The notes under the pieces are model-generated. The model had not been told where the DNA came from, did no database searches, and saw only the letters and a list, made by a program, of their open reading frames with translations. From positions 1 to 57,562 of the forward strand of contig JAAYGM010000042.1 in NCBI GenBank assembly GCA_012727735.1: DNA of 57,562 nucleotides, written 5' to 3'. Positions 1 to 10,157 of this stretch are shown here, piece by piece; position 1 is the first letter of the stretch; each line of letters opens with the position of its first letter. Position numbers and translations under genes: made by a program. The DNA comes from Bacteroidales bacterium (GTDB lineage: Bacteria; Bacteroidota; Bacteroidia; Bacteroidales; Dysgonomonadaceae).

Positions 1-382
1 GGTTGGCCGCATTGGCGGCAATCAGCCTCTCTACACGGGCCTTCTCCCGTTTCAGGGTTTTGATCTGATCCTGGATGGCAGATGTCTGCTTGCTGATATC
101 AGGTTGCTGGGCACGGACACCTTTTGCGTTGGAGAGGAGGCTCATCTTCTGGAGGTAGAGCTGCGTACTGTCTATCCTGCCTACAATCTGCTCTTTCTGC
201 AGCTGCTCACCCTCGTTCACATTCAGTGCCAGGATGCGTCCGTTAGCCTGAGAAGAGACGATGATTTCCGTGGCTTCAAAGGATCCGGTGGCATCATATT
301 CCTCGCTGCCGTTGCTGCATGAAAACAGCAGGAATGAAAGGGATAACAGGGGTAATGTTGTGAGTAAATGAAATGGTTTCAT
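1..382 (-). CDS. HlyD-family efflux periplasmic adaptor lipoprotein (3' end runs off the window)
   Basis: Manual translation from ATG at 382: MKPFHLLTTLPLLSLSFLLFSC-SNGSEEYDATGSFEATEIIVSSQANGRILALNVNEGEQL... It has a lipobox, a barrel-sandwich hybrid motif and the start of a coiled coil, and lies downstream of TolC. Not in the ORF track because it is truncated. Confidence 0.85.
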   Translation of the reverse strand, partial: MKPFHLLTTLPLLSLSFLLFSCSNGSEEYDATGSFEATEIIVSSQANGRILALNVNEGEQLQKEQIVGRIDSTQLYLQKMSLLSNAKGVRAQQPDISKQTSAIQDQIKTLKREKARVERLIAANAAN

Positions 383-423
383 AGTTCGATGTTATTTTAT
401 GCTTTATTTAATTATCAGGTGCC

Positions 424-458
424 GCATACTGCTCACGGCTTTCAGCTTACAGCTTATT
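424..458 (+). repeat. Degenerate 7-bp tandem repeat, 5 units
   Basis: gcatact gctcacg gctttca gcttaca gcttatt, between TolC and HlyD. Confidence 0.6.
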
Positions 459-1738
459 TACTGGTTCGTGGTATGTTTCAGTGCGTAGACCGACATGAGG
501 TATTGTGTTTCATGCAATGTTTTAGCCTGTTTGGCTGCCTCCTCGGCATTGATCTCTTTCATCAGATCTGAGACGGTCATCGTGCCATTCTCCACCTTCA
601 CCTCTGCCGCTTTGCGCATCAATGTCTGATGGTGTATGATCTCGTCATCATCCTGCATCGTCTTTTTATATTTTTCAATCTCAATCTGTTGTTGCGGTAT
701 CACCATATACAGATGATGCAGGAAGGTCTCCTTTTGCGTGTTCACGGTCTGTTTCTGCAGATCGATCTTCTTCTTATCATTGTTCAGGGTGTAGAGATTA
801 CCAAAGTTCCATGAGAGGCGGATCCCCCCTAAAAAATAAGGTGAAAATTCGGTGTCGAACATATTGAGTCCCGGTTTACCGTAGCCCCCCTGTGCAAAGG
901 CACCCAGCTTGGGCATATTCTTTGCCTTCAGCAACGATCGCTGTGATTCTATCGCCTCCTCCTGTGCACTGAACATCTTCAGCTCCGGGCGGTTGATCAC
1001 GGGAGATATCAGTTCAGCCTCCGGGTCGGGTTTTACAAAAGTCATCTCCTGATGAACTGATTCTCCCACAAGTACTGATAACATTTGGATATAGGCATCC
1101 AGCGTCGATTCCAGCCGGATGCGCTGTTGTCCCGTCTTCAGCTGTTCCACCTTCACCGCACTCAGGTCGGCTTCATTGGCCACACCGTTGTTCACGTAGC
1201 TCTGCACGTTGTCGTAGTTGCGTTGCAGCTCTTTCTCCAGGATCTCCTGTTGCTGCAGATTTCCTTTTATCAGCAAAATGCCGAAATAGAGATTATTCAC
1301 ACGCTCTCTCAGAGCGTAAATCTCTGCGTCCAGCTGATTCTTCTCTAATTCGGCGTTGGCTTCCAGACTCTTCTTCTGAGCTGAGACAGCCCCTCCGTCC
1401 CAGATCAACTGGTTCAGCTCGGCCACTACCCTGTATTGATCCTGATCGGGCACCGGAATATTGAGCGGCGGCATCCCTTCCGGCAAATCCATATCGATAT
1501 AGGTCACATCGGACTGCCATGTTGCCTGCGCACTCAGCGTCCCTTGCGGCAGGTATGCCTTGTTCGCATTCTCAATGCTGAAATTTTTTGTCTTTTCAAT
1601 GAGATCATACCGGGCAATGGCGGGATAGTTTGTTCTCGCCTTCTCCTGCATCTGATCCAGCGTGATGATCTGCGCAGGAACCAGTATGCTGTTCATCCAG
1701 ATTAACCCCGTCAATATAAGAGATACGCTATGATTCAT
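458..1738 (-). CDS. TolC-family outer membrane efflux protein
   Basis: Signal peptide from MNHSVSL (start moved from 1774 to avoid overlapping TetR). OEP-like repeats (YLPQGTLSAQ...QLIWDGG; MPKLGAFAQ...LSWNFG). Operon context. Confidence 0.88.
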   Translation of the reverse strand: MNHSVSLILTGLIWMNSILVPAQIITLDQMQEKARTNYPAIARYDLIEKTKNFSIENANKAYLPQGTLSAQATWQSDVTYIDMDLPEGMPPLNIPVPDQDQYRVVAELNQLIWDGGAVSAQKKSLEANAELEKNQLDAEIYALRERVNNLYFGILLIKGNLQQQEILEKELQRNYDNVQSYVNNGVANEADLSAVKVEQLKTGQQRIRLESTLDAYIQMLSVLVGESVHQEMTFVKPDPEAELISPVINRPELKMFSAQEEAIESQRSLLKAKNMPKLGAFAQGGYGKPGLNMFDTEFSPYFLGGIRLSWNFGNLYTLNNDKKKIDLQKQTVNTQKETFLHHLYMVIPQQQIEIEKYKKTMQDDDEIIHHQTLMRKAAEVKVENGTMTVSDLMKEINAEEAAKQAKTLHETQYLMSVYALKHTTNQ

Positions 1739-1749
1739 AATTTCATTAT

Positions 1750-2337
1750 TTAAAGGGTTATTTTTATGATCCACTCGATAATTTTCTTTTTCCTGTCAGT
1801 TACAAAATTTACAAATTCCTCTTCCTTGACCAACCCCGATGATGTGATCAGAGGTTTAGCAACAAAGGGAAACAGGGTCATGCTCAATACATTGATGATT
1901 AAATCTGTTGCTGATATTTCAAAACCTCTTTCCTTCAGTTGTTTTTCAAGCACCGGTTGCGCAATCTGACGCGTATTTTGTGTGATCTTCGCAAAGAGTT
2001 CTCTGTTCACCGTGAGCTCATTGAGGATGAAAATGGGTAGTTCCTCATTCTCAAGCAGCAGGTTGGTATAATTTTCCGTGATCAGACTTATCTTCTCTTC
2101 AAGAGAAATTTGCCCGTCAGATAAAGCCGGTCCCATTGCGCCAAGCAACATCTTTAATTTCCCCTGTACCACATTTTTGAACAACTTCTCTTTACTGCCG
2201 AAATAGTAGTTCAGCAGCGCCAGATTGGTTCCTGCCTCCTCGGCAATGTCCCTGGTTCTGGTGGCGGCATATCCCTTTTGGGTGAAAATCTTATCAGCTG
2301 CCTTCAATATTTTCTGTTCAGTCGTCATTGTTTCCAT
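1750..2337 (-). CDS. TetR/AcrR family transcriptional regulator
   Basis: N-terminal HTH KILKAADKIFTQKGYAATRTRDIAEEAGTNLALLNYYFGSKEKLF. Confidence 0.95.
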   Translation of the reverse strand: METMTTEQKILKAADKIFTQKGYAATRTRDIAEEAGTNLALLNYYFGSKEKLFKNVVQGKLKMLLGAMGPALSDGQISLEEKISLITENYTNLLLENEELPIFILNELTVNRELFAKITQNTRQIAQPVLEKQLKERGFEISATDLIINVLSMTLFPFVAKPLITSSGLVKEEEFVNFVTDRKKKIIEWIIKITL

Positions 2338-2356
2338 ATCATTATTTTTTCTAAGA

Positions 2357-2412
2357 CAAAAGTAGAGGAATCACTTAAATTAAACAAATGATTAAATCAT
2401 ATGTTTAATTTA
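2357..2412 (-). promoter_or_regulatory. Bacteroidota sigma-A promoter overlapped by a palindromic operator (probable TetR site)
   Basis: -7 box TACTTTTG (2357-2364, minus strand) and -33 TTTG (2385-2388) spaced 20 bp apart. 37-bp near-perfect palindrome TAAATTAAACAAATGATTAAATCATATGTTTAATTTA at 2376-2412. Confidence 0.75.
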
Positions 2413-2484
2413 TGGGCACAGATTTAACGTTAAATAATATTTAAACCTATTCTCTGCTAAATAAATTAAGATTTATGCACAAAT

Positions 2485-3381
2485 TCAGTAACTACCCATC
2501 ACTTTAGTCATTACCCTTTCCACAGCATCGTCAATATGAGCTGTGGATTCCATGCCTAAAGTCATGCAGTGAATATTAGCCCGGGTTAGCGCAAATTGAA
2601 GTGATTGATCACGTTCACTATCACTCACATGGCTTCCTTCACCGAAAATCTTCATGCCGATTACACCTATGCCGTTCTTTTTGGCTTTACCCAGCAGTTC
2701 TTTCACCGTGTCGGGAGTACCGTCCATATGACTCTGGAAAGGATTGATACGGGCCATAATCACATCTGCCCAGGGATTATCCACCGCTTCGACCATGGCA
2801 TCCCAATTGTGGCAGGAAACACCTACTGCTTTGATAATTCCCTCCTGTTTGGCTTTTGAAAGTCCCTCCATATAGCGTTTGCGGTTGTTGCTCCATCCTC
2901 CCTGCATCAAACAGTGCATCAACACAATGTCGATATAGTCGGTGTCCATCTCCCGTCTGTAACGATCGAGGGAATCACGTACAGGTACATTTCTGTCTGA
3001 ACCATCTTCATGTGTCCAGATTTTTGTGAGCAGGGTAATCTTCTCTCGCGGCAGCACATTAATGGCATTTCCTACATATTGATGTGATCCGTAGGAGTCT
3101 GCCATATCGAAGAAACTGATCCCCCTTTCATAAGCGTGATGAGCCAGATCTGCAAATTTATCCATTCCCAACCGGGTTTGGTTCGATGCCTTGGCCCCCC
3201 CTTTTGAACCGGTACCCAGTGCAATCCGGGAGACCTTCAGACCGCTGTTCCCTAATTGGACTTTGTCAACACCAACATGGGATAAATGGTTTAATTCAAT
3301 TGATCCCGGTCTGAAAATCGAAAGTCCTGCAAAACCGGCAAGACCCGTACGGAGAAAACTGCGTCGTGATAATTTTTTCAT
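2485..3381 (-). CDS. Aldo/keto reductase with twin-arginine (Tat) signal
   Basis: SRRSFL Tat motif; LGNSGLKVSRIALG; FFDMADSYG (Asp/Tyr), TKIW (Lys), DYIDIVLMH (His). Confidence 0.9.
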   Translation of the reverse strand: MKKLSRRSFLRTGLAGFAGLSIFRPGSIELNHLSHVGVDKVQLGNSGLKVSRIALGTGSKGGAKASNQTRLGMDKFADLAHHAYERGISFFDMADSYGSHQYVGNAINVLPREKITLLTKIWTHEDGSDRNVPVRDSLDRYRREMDTDYIDIVLMHCLMQGGWSNNRKRYMEGLSKAKQEGIIKAVGVSCHNWDAMVEAVDNPWADVIMARINPFQSHMDGTPDTVKELLGKAKKNGIGVIGMKIFGEGSHVSDSERDQSLQFALTRANIHCMTLGMESTAHIDDAVERVMTKVMGSY

Positions 3382-3494
3382 CTGCTTTTTAAAATGTTTA
3401 CTGTGTCAAAAATAGGAAATAATTCGTTCAATGAAACAGTTGGGCCGTTTATTGTTTATTTTCCTCCTGATTTTTAACAGATGTAAAGCACAAA

Positions 3495-3530
3495 AAAAAC
3501 ACTTATCGAATAATATCGATAAGTGTTTTT
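3495..3530 (-). terminator. Intrinsic terminator downstream of tRNA-Val
   Basis: AAAAACACTTATCGA-loop-TCGATAAGTGTTTTT inverted repeat, with a T-run on the minus strand. Confidence 0.8.
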
Positions 3531-3541
3531 AATTGATTTTG

Positions 3542-3616
3542 TGGGCGTTGACGGATTCGAACCGCCGACCCTCTGGGTGTAAACCAGATGCTCTGAACCA
3601 ACTGAGCTAAACGCCC
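3542..3616 (-). tRNA. tRNA-Val (anticodon TAC), CCA not encoded
   Basis: GGGCGTTTAGCTCAGTTGGTTCAGAGCATCTGGTTTACACCCAGAGGGTCGGCGGTTCGAATCCGTCAACGCCCA forms a cloverleaf: anticodon stem TCTGG/CCAGA, T-loop GTTCGAA. Upstream TATCTTTG promoter box at 3677-3684. Confidence 0.97.
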
Positions 3617-3890
3617 GATCTGCTTTTTTATCACTTCCCTCTCCACGCCCGGAGGATGCTGTTTTCAAAAGTGATGCAAAGATAGGCCCTTTTTGCTTTA
3701 CTGCAAAATAATTTGTAAATAAATTTATAAATATTTTTCCCCCTCTATTATTATCGCTATTTTTGTATCGTCAAAACAAGTAGTTACATTCTTTCGATAG
3801 AAGATAAAATCAACAAGATTGTACTGATGTGAAGAAAAGTGATTTTCCGACATTCAGAAATTAGATATATAACCGCGTTGCGCAACGACA

Positions 3891-5234
3891 ATGAACTTAA
3901 ACCAACTGACAACCATTTCGCCCATTGATGGACGATATAGAGATAAAACAAAGGACCTGGACGCTTTTTTTTCAGAATATGCACTGATAAAATACCGAGT
4001 CAGGGTAGAGATTGAGTATTTTATTTCACTATGCGAAGCAGCTGTTTCTCCGCTTGAACAATTAGATAAAAGCCTCTTTGCTGATCTGAGACAGATATAT
4101 GAGCACTTCAGTGAGGAGGATGCCCGAAGGATTAAAGAGATAGAAACAATCACCAATCACGATGTGAAGGCGGTGGAATACTATCTGAAAGAGAAGTTCG
4201 ACATTCTTCATCTTTCTGGGTACAAAGAGTTCATCCATTTTGGTCTGACTTCGCAGGATATCAACAACACAGCTACACCTATGATGTGGCAGGAAGCATT
4301 GCAATCGGTCTATATCCCCGGGCTGGAGGAGATCATTGAGCAAATAGAGACGCTTGCCCGGGAATGGCATGATATTCCCATGCTGGCACGTACGCATGGG
4401 CAGCCTGCATCTCCCACCAGACTGGGGAAAGAGATGAAGGTGTTTGCCTACAGGCTTGCCAACCAGTTGGAGGTGTTGAAGCATATTCCCGTGAAAGCAA
4501 AATTTGGGGGTGCCACCGGCAATTTCAATGCACATCGTGTGGCTTATCCTGATGTCGACTGGAAAATGTTCGCCGATAATTTTCTGCAGGAAAAGCTCCA
4601 TCTCCTGCGTGAGGAGTACACCACACAAATATCGAACTATGACGCATTAGCTGCATCGTTCGATGCATTGAAGCGGATCAATACGATCCTCATCGATTTC
4701 AACCGTGATATGTGGCAGTACATCTCGATGGAATATTTCAAGCAAAAAATTAAAGAGGGGGAAGTTGGGTCATCCGCAATGCCACACAAGGTGAACCCTA
4801 TCGATTTTGAGAATGCTGAAGGCAACCTGGGTATTGCCAGCGCATTGCTAGAGCATCTGGCAGCAAAGCTGCCCATTTCACGTCTGCAACGTGATCTCAC
4901 AGATTCTACAGTTATCCGTAACATTGGTGTACCGCTTGCACATGGATTAATTGCAATAAAAAGTACAACAAAAGGACTGAGTAAATTGTTATTAAACAGA
5001 GACGCGATAGAGAGAGATTTGGAGAATAACTGGGCAGTGGTTGCCGAAGGTATTCAGACCATTTTGAGAAGAGAAGGATATCCGAAACCTTATGAGGCAT
5101 TGAAAGACCTCACTCGAACCAACAGACACATCACGAAAGAGAGTATTTCGGAATTTATTGAGACTTTGAATGTAAATGCCCGGGTAAAAGAAGAATTAAG
5201 ATCAATTACACCACAAAGCTACACAGGTATTTAA
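3891..5234 (+). CDS. purB: Adenylosuccinate lyase
   Basis: SPIDGRY, TNHDVKAVEY, HFGLTSQDIN, RTHGQPA and the fumarate-lyase signature GSSAMPHKVNPIDFENAEGN. Confidence 0.97.
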   Translation: MNLNQLTTISPIDGRYRDKTKDLDAFFSEYALIKYRVRVEIEYFISLCEAAVSPLEQLDKSLFADLRQIYEHFSEEDARRIKEIETITNHDVKAVEYYLKEKFDILHLSGYKEFIHFGLTSQDINNTATPMMWQEALQSVYIPGLEEIIEQIETLAREWHDIPMLARTHGQPASPTRLGKEMKVFAYRLANQLEVLKHIPVKAKFGGATGNFNAHRVAYPDVDWKMFADNFLQEKLHLLREEYTTQISNYDALAASFDALKRINTILIDFNRDMWQYISMEYFKQKIKEGEVGSSAMPHKVNPIDFENAEGNLGIASALLEHLAAKLPISRLQRDLTDSTVIRNIGVPLAHGLIAIKSTTKGLSKLLLNRDAIERDLENNWAVVAEGIQTILRREGYPKPYEALKDLTRTNRHITKESISEFIETLNVNARVKEELRSITPQSYTGI

Positions 5235-5401
5235 TAAAATTTTCCTCTCTCTGTGGCACTGAGGAAAAAACGATCAGAATGAACGCAACATATTGTAAGG
5301 GAAATCCAAACCGGTCATCTTCTTCCATGGATGATGGGTGGGTGTTTTAGAAATTAAAAAAACCGTGAGGTTTCATCAGTAAAACAAAAAGTAAAAGCAA
5401 C

Positions 5402-6655
5402 ATGACAACAAACAACGAAGAATCGCGACCAAAACGAAAATTTACCAGCGCGAGCAGTGAGAGACACGTTTCCTCTAACAGAAATCAAGGCACAGAACGT
5501 AGAACGCAACAGGAGGGTTATCATTCATCGGAGCGGTCCTACAATTCCTCAGAGAGGCCAACTAGACCATCGGAAAGAACTGGCAGATCATCAGACAGAA
5601 CTGGGAGACCGTCAGACAGGTCCTACAACTCATCAGCGAGACCCTACAACTCATCAGACAGGTCCTATAATTCATCAGACAGGTCCTACAACAGGAGCAG
5701 AGGTGATTCACAACAGGGAAATACTTATGGAAATTCTGAAGAGGGTCAGAAGAAACGCCGCCCGAGAGTAGGGGAGCGCAATGCTCCTCAAAGGAGAAGT
5801 GCTGGCGGTAATTATGGCAATCGAAGTTGGGGTGAACAATCTCAAAACAGAATGGATCAGTCAACGGTAGGGGGTAAAAATTTGAAGAAGAAAAAACCGT
5901 TCAAGCAGATCAAATACAAAGAGAATGCTGATCCCAACGCTCCAATTCGTCTGAATAAATATCTCGCCAACGCAGGGATCTGTTCCCGTCGTGAGGCTGA
6001 TGAATTCATCGAGGCAGGCGTGGTAAAGGTGAATGGTAATGTGATCACAGAACTGGGTACCAAGATCACTCGGGCCGATCAGGTGATGTTTCACAATCAG
6101 CCGGTACAGCTAGAAAGTAAAGTGTATGTACTGCTGAATAAACCGAAAGGGTTTGTCACCACAACCGACGATCCGGAAAACCGCAAGACGGTGATGGAAT
6201 TGGTGAAAAGTGCCTGTGCAGAACGGATCTATCCTGTAGGCCGTCTCGACAGAGCAACTACAGGTGTGCTACTGTTGACCAATGATGGTGATCTGGCGTC
6301 AAAATTAACACATCCGAAATACGAAAAAAGGAAAATCTATCAGGTCTGGCTGGATAAGCCGGTTGCAATGGAGCACATGCAGGCTCTCGCTGACGGTATT
6401 GAGCTGGAGGATGGTGAGATTCATGCCGATGCCATCAGCTATGTGACAGAAGAAGACCTGACACAGGTAGGAATAGAGATTCATTCCGGTAAAAACCGTG
6501 TGGTTCGCCGCATGTTCGAGCAGCTTGGATACCGGGTGATGAAACTGGACAGAGTCTATTTCGCCGGGTTGACGAAGAAAAAACTATCCCGCGGAAAATG
6601 GCGTTACCTCTCGGAACAAGAGGTGAATATGCTCCGCATGGGAGCCTTTGATTAA
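5402..6655 (+). CDS. RsuA/RluB-family rRNA pseudouridine synthase with a long low-complexity N-terminus
   Basis: S4 domain IRLNKYLANAGICSRREAD; LLNKPKG; catalytic VGRLDRATTGVLLLTNDG; GKNRVVRRMF. Confidence 0.93.
   Translation: MTTNNEESRPKRKFTSASSERHVSSNRNQGTERRTQQEGYHSSERSYNSSERPTRPSERTGRSSDRTGRPSDRSYNSSARPYNSSDRSYNSSDRSYNRSRGDSQQGNTYGNSEEGQKKRRPRVGERNAPQRRSAGGNYGNRSWGEQSQNRMDQSTVGGKNLKKKKPFKQIKYKENADPNAPIRLNKYLANAGICSRREADEFIEAGVVKVNGNVITELGTKITRADQVMFHNQPVQLESKVYVLLNKPKGFVTTTDDPENRKTVMELVKSACAERIYPVGRLDRATTGVLLLTNDGDLASKLTHPKYEKRKIYQVWLDKPVAMEHMQALADGIELEDGEIHADAISYVTEEDLTQVGIEIHSGKNRVVRRMFEQLGYRVMKLDRVYFAGLTKKKLSRGKWRYLSEQEVNMLRMGAFD
5522..5692 (+). repeat. Coding 21-bp tandem repeat, about 8 degenerate units
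   Basis: Consensus near AACTCATCAGACAGGTCCTAC. Encodes HSSERSY NSSERPT RPSERTG RSSDRTG RPSDRSY NSSARPY NSSDRSY NSSDRSY. Confidence 0.85.
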
Positions 6656-6814
6656 GTTTAATCAGCCCTGCATCACCGGGAGGAATAGTGCAGGGCTTCA
6701 GTTAATTATTCAAGTAACTTCTTTTTAAATAACTTTTATTTCTTCGGGATAGCAGGGAGAGATACATAAAATATGGAGAGAGCAAAGTCTCCTTCGGGAG
6801 ATACAGAGTGGATT

Positions 6815-8212
6815 ATGAAAGTAATAAAACGAACAAAAATTTCAGAAGCTTTACAGCTTATAAACTTCGGAGAAGAAGTAAACGTAAAAGGATGGGTACG
6901 TACCCGCAGAGGTAACAAAAATGTGGGATTCGTCGCCCTTAATGATGGATCAACTATCAATAACATCCAGGTTGTTATTGACATAGCCACCTTTGGTGAA
7001 GATTTTCTTAAGCCTATCACAACCGGTGCCTGTATCAATGTGAACGGTAAACTGGTAACGTCGCAGGGGCAGGGACAATCAGTTGAGATACAGGCTACAG
7101 AAATAGAAATATATGGTCCGGCAGACCCCGCAACTTATCCTTTGCAGAAAAAAGGTCACTCGCTTGAGTTCTTGCGTGAGATTGCACACCTACGTCCACG
7201 TACCAACACTTTTGGCGCAATATTCAGAATGCGTCACCACATGTCGTATGCGATTCATAAATTTTATAACGACAGGGGTTTTTACTATTTTCATACGCCT
7301 ATCATCACAGCTTCCGATGCAGAAGGTGCCGGCTCTATGTTTGATGTATCTACATTAGATATCAGCAACCCGCCCCGTGACAAAGAAGGAAAGGTGGATT
7401 TCTCTCAGGATTTCTTCGGACGGCAGACTAACCTTACCGTTTCAGGCCAGCTTGAAGGTGAACTGGGAGCCATGGCACTAGGTGCTATCTACACTTTCGG
7501 TCCCACGTTCCGTGCTGAAAACTCCAACACCCCACGGCATCTGGCTGAGTTCTGGATGATTGAGCCCGAGGTGGCTTTCTATGACAATACGGACAATATG
7601 GACCTGGCTGAAGATTTTCTGAAATATCTGATCCGATATGCATTGGATCACTGTATGGAAGATATTCAATTTTTGGCAAAGATGTATGACAACGAGCTGA
7701 TAGAGCGGCTGAATTTTGTGGTGGAGAACGATTTTGTCCGTTTAACCTACACCGAAGGGGTGAAGATATTGGAAGAGTCGGGTGTGAAGTTCGAATTCCC
7801 GGTCTACTGGGGGGCAGACCTCCAGTCGGAACACGAACGTTATCTGGTGGAAAAGCATTTCAAGCGACCAGTGATATTGACTGACTATCCGAAAGAGATC
7901 AAATCGTTCTACATGAAACAGAACGATGACGGGCTGACCGTACGTGCCATGGATGTGCTTTTTCCTAAGATTGGTGAGATCATTGGCGGCTCGGAGCGTG
8001 AATCGGATTACGATAAGCTGATGAAACGCGTCGAGGAGACAGGTATGCATATCGATCCCATCTGGTGGTATCTGGAGACACGTAAGTTCGGTACGGCACC
8101 ACATGCCGGTTTCGGTCTCGGTTTTGAACGGTTGATGCTATTTATAACGGGGATGACCAATATACGTGATGTGATTCCTTTCCCTCGTAGCCCTAAGAAT
8201 GCGGAGTTTTAA
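6815..8212 (+). CDS. asnS: Asparagine--tRNA ligase
   Basis: OB-fold VKGWVRTRR; [10 protein letters not shown]; motif 2 [21 protein letters not shown]; motif 3 [12 protein letters not shown]. Start placed at MKVIKRTKI. Confidence 0.96.
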   Translation: MKVIKRTKISEALQLINFGEEVNVKGWVRTRRGNKNVGFVALNDGSTINNIQVVIDIATFGEDFLKPITTGACINVNGKLVTSQGQGQSVEIQATEIEIYGPADPATYPLQKKGHSLEFLREIAHLRPRTNTFGAIFRMRHHMSYAIHKFYNDRGFYYFHTPIITASDAEGAGSMFDVSTLDISNPPRDKEGKVDFSQDFFGRQTNLTVSGQLEGELGAMALGAIYTFGPTFRAENSNTPRHLAEFWMIEPEVAFYDNTDNMDLAEDFLKYLIRYALDHCMEDIQFLAKMYDNELIERLNFVVENDFVRLTYTEGVKILEESGVKFEFPVYWGADLQSEHERYLVEKHFKRPVILTDYPKEIKSFYMKQNDDGLTVRAMDVLFPKIGEIIGGSERESDYDKLMKRVEETGMHIDPIWWYLETRKFGTAPHAGFGLGFERLMLFITGMTNIRDVIPFPRSPKNAEF

Positions 8213-8262
8213 TAACGATTGACAATAGGATGTCATTTGAGAAAAAGATTGAGAGTTAATAA

Positions 8263-10050
8263 ATGAAGAATATACGCAATTTCTGTATTATTGCACACAT
8301 TGACCACGGCAAAAGCACGTTGGCAGATCGCTTGCTGGAGTTCACCAAGACTGTTGAAGGGAAGGACCTGCAGGCGCAGGTCCTCGACAACATGGACCTG
8401 GAACGGGAACGCGGTATCACCATTAAGAGCCATGCCATTCAGATGGACTATGAATTTGAAGGAGAAAAATATACGCTCAACCTGATTGATACCCCGGGAC
8501 ATGTCGATTTCTCCTATGAGGTGTCACGGTCCATTGCTGCCTGCGAAGGCGCTCTGTTGGTGGTTGACGCAGCACAGGGCATACAGGCACAGACCATCTC
8601 GAACGTCTACATGGCTATTGAGCACGATCTGGAGATCATACCTATCCTCAACAAGGTGGATCTGGAGAGTGCCATGCCCGACGAGGTGGAGGACCAGATC
8701 GTAGAGCTGCTGGGATCACCGCGGGAAGAGATCATCCGTGCAAGCGGCAAGACAGGTATAGGTATTGAAGCGATCTTGCGTGCCATCATCGAACGTGTAC
8801 CGTCACCTCCGGGTGATCCTGATGCACCGTTGCAGGCATTGATCTTCGACTCGGTCTTTAACCCGTTCAGGGGTATCATCGCCTATTACAAGATTGTGAA
8901 CGGAACCATCAGAAAGGGTGAGCTTGTGAAATTCATTGCTACCGGTAAAGAGTATAATGCCGATGAGGTGGGTATACTACGGCTGACCATGTCGTCACGA
9001 GATGAGGTGCGGTGTGGTGATGTGGGCTATATCATATCCGGTATCAAGACATCGAAAGAGGTGAAGGTAGGAGATACCATCACGCATGTGAAGCGTCCCG
9101 CAACAGAGGGAATAGCCGGGTTCGAAGAAGTGAAGCCGATGGTATTCGCCGGTGTTTATCCCATTGATAGTGAAGATTTTGAGAACCTGCGTGCTTCGCT
9201 CGAGAAACTACAGTTGAACGATGCGTCCCTCACCTTCACACCTGAATCATCCGTGGCGTTGGGATTTGGTTTCCGGTGCGGTTTCCTGGGACTGCTCCAT
9301 ATGGAGATCATCCAGGAACGACTCGAACGGGAGTTTAACATGGATGTGATCACCACCGTCCCGAACGTTTCATACCGTGTCTATGACAAGAAGAACGTAA
9401 TGAAGGAGGTGCACAACCCCAGCGGCTTGCCAGATCCTACACTTATCGACCGCATCGAAGAGCCTTTTATCCGGGCCTCTGTAATCACCAACACTGCCTA
9501 TATCGGCTCCATCATGACGCTCTGTCTTGGGAAGAGGGGTGTGTTGATCAAACAGGAATACATCTCCGGCGACCGTGTTGAGATATATTATGATCTACCG
9601 CTCGGTGAGATCGTGATTGATTTCTACGACAAGCTGAAAAGTATCTCGAAAGGGTACGCCTCGTTCGATTACCATATGCATGATTACCGTCCTTCCAGGC
9701 TGGTGAAGATGGATATCCTGCTGAACGGTGAGCCGGTGGATGCACTCTCCACCCTCACACACACCGACAATGCTCAGAGCTTCGGTCGCCGCATGTGTGA
9801 GAAGCTGAAGGAACTGATACCCCGCCAGCAGTTCGATATCGCTATTCAGGCTGCTATCGGAGCGAAGATCATCGCCCGTGAAACGGTGAAGGCGGTACGA
9901 AAAGATGTGACGGCCAAGTGCTACGGCGGTGATATCTCCCGTAAACGTAAGCTGCTCGAGAAGCAAAAAGAGGGGAAGAAACGGATGAAACAGGTGGGCA
10001 ACGTGGAGGTACCGCAGAAAGCATTCCTCGCGGTGTTGAAACTGGATTAA
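8263..10050 (+). CDS. lepA: Translation elongation factor 4 (LepA)
   Basis: [69 protein letters not shown]. Confidence 0.98.
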   Translation: MKNIRNFCIIAHIDHGKSTLADRLLEFTKTVEGKDLQAQVLDNMDLERERGITIKSHAIQMDYEFEGEKYTLNLIDTPGHVDFSYEVSRSIAACEGALLVVDAAQGIQAQTISNVYMAIEHDLEIIPILNKVDLESAMPDEVEDQIVELLGSPREEIIRASGKTGIGIEAILRAIIERVPSPPGDPDAPLQALIFDSVFNPFRGIIAYYKIVNGTIRKGELVKFIATGKEYNADEVGILRLTMSSRDEVRCGDVGYIISGIKTSKEVKVGDTITHVKRPATEGIAGFEEVKPMVFAGVYPIDSEDFENLRASLEKLQLNDASLTFTPESSVALGFGFRCGFLGLLHMEIIQERLEREFNMDVITTVPNVSYRVYDKKNVMKEVHNPSGLPDPTLIDRIEEPFIRASVITNTAYIGSIMTLCLGKRGVLIKQEYISGDRVEIYYDLPLGEIVIDFYDKLKSISKGYASFDYHMHDYRPSRLVKMDILLNGEPVDALSTLTHTDNAQSFGRRMCEKLKELIPRQQFDIAIQAAIGAKIIARETVKAVRKDVTAKCYGGDISRKRKLLEKQKEGKKRMKQVGNVEVPQKAFLAVLKLD

Positions 10051-10102
10051 AGCTGTCACCTCTGGTGGCAGAAGCTTTGCAAAGGCAGCGGTTTCGGTTT
10101 TA

Positions 10103-10137
10103 ACTTACCGCTCACCGCTTAAAGCTTACAACTAATT
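10103..10137 (+). repeat. Degenerate 7-bp tandem repeat, 4-5 units
   Basis: acttacc gctcacc gcttaaa gcttaca actaatt; shares units with the repeat at 424-458. Confidence 0.55.
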
Positions 10138-10157
10138 GATAACTAAAAACCGGAACA

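Noticed and set aside
3611-3654. The tRNA 5' sequence GGGCGT recurs in a small leader hairpin loop
   Set aside because: Only a 7-bp match with a 4-bp stem, compatible with chance. No duplicated tRNA 3' end (att site) was found either.
3474-3668. 64-aa ORF
   Set aside because: It is a translation through tRNA-Val and its terminator.
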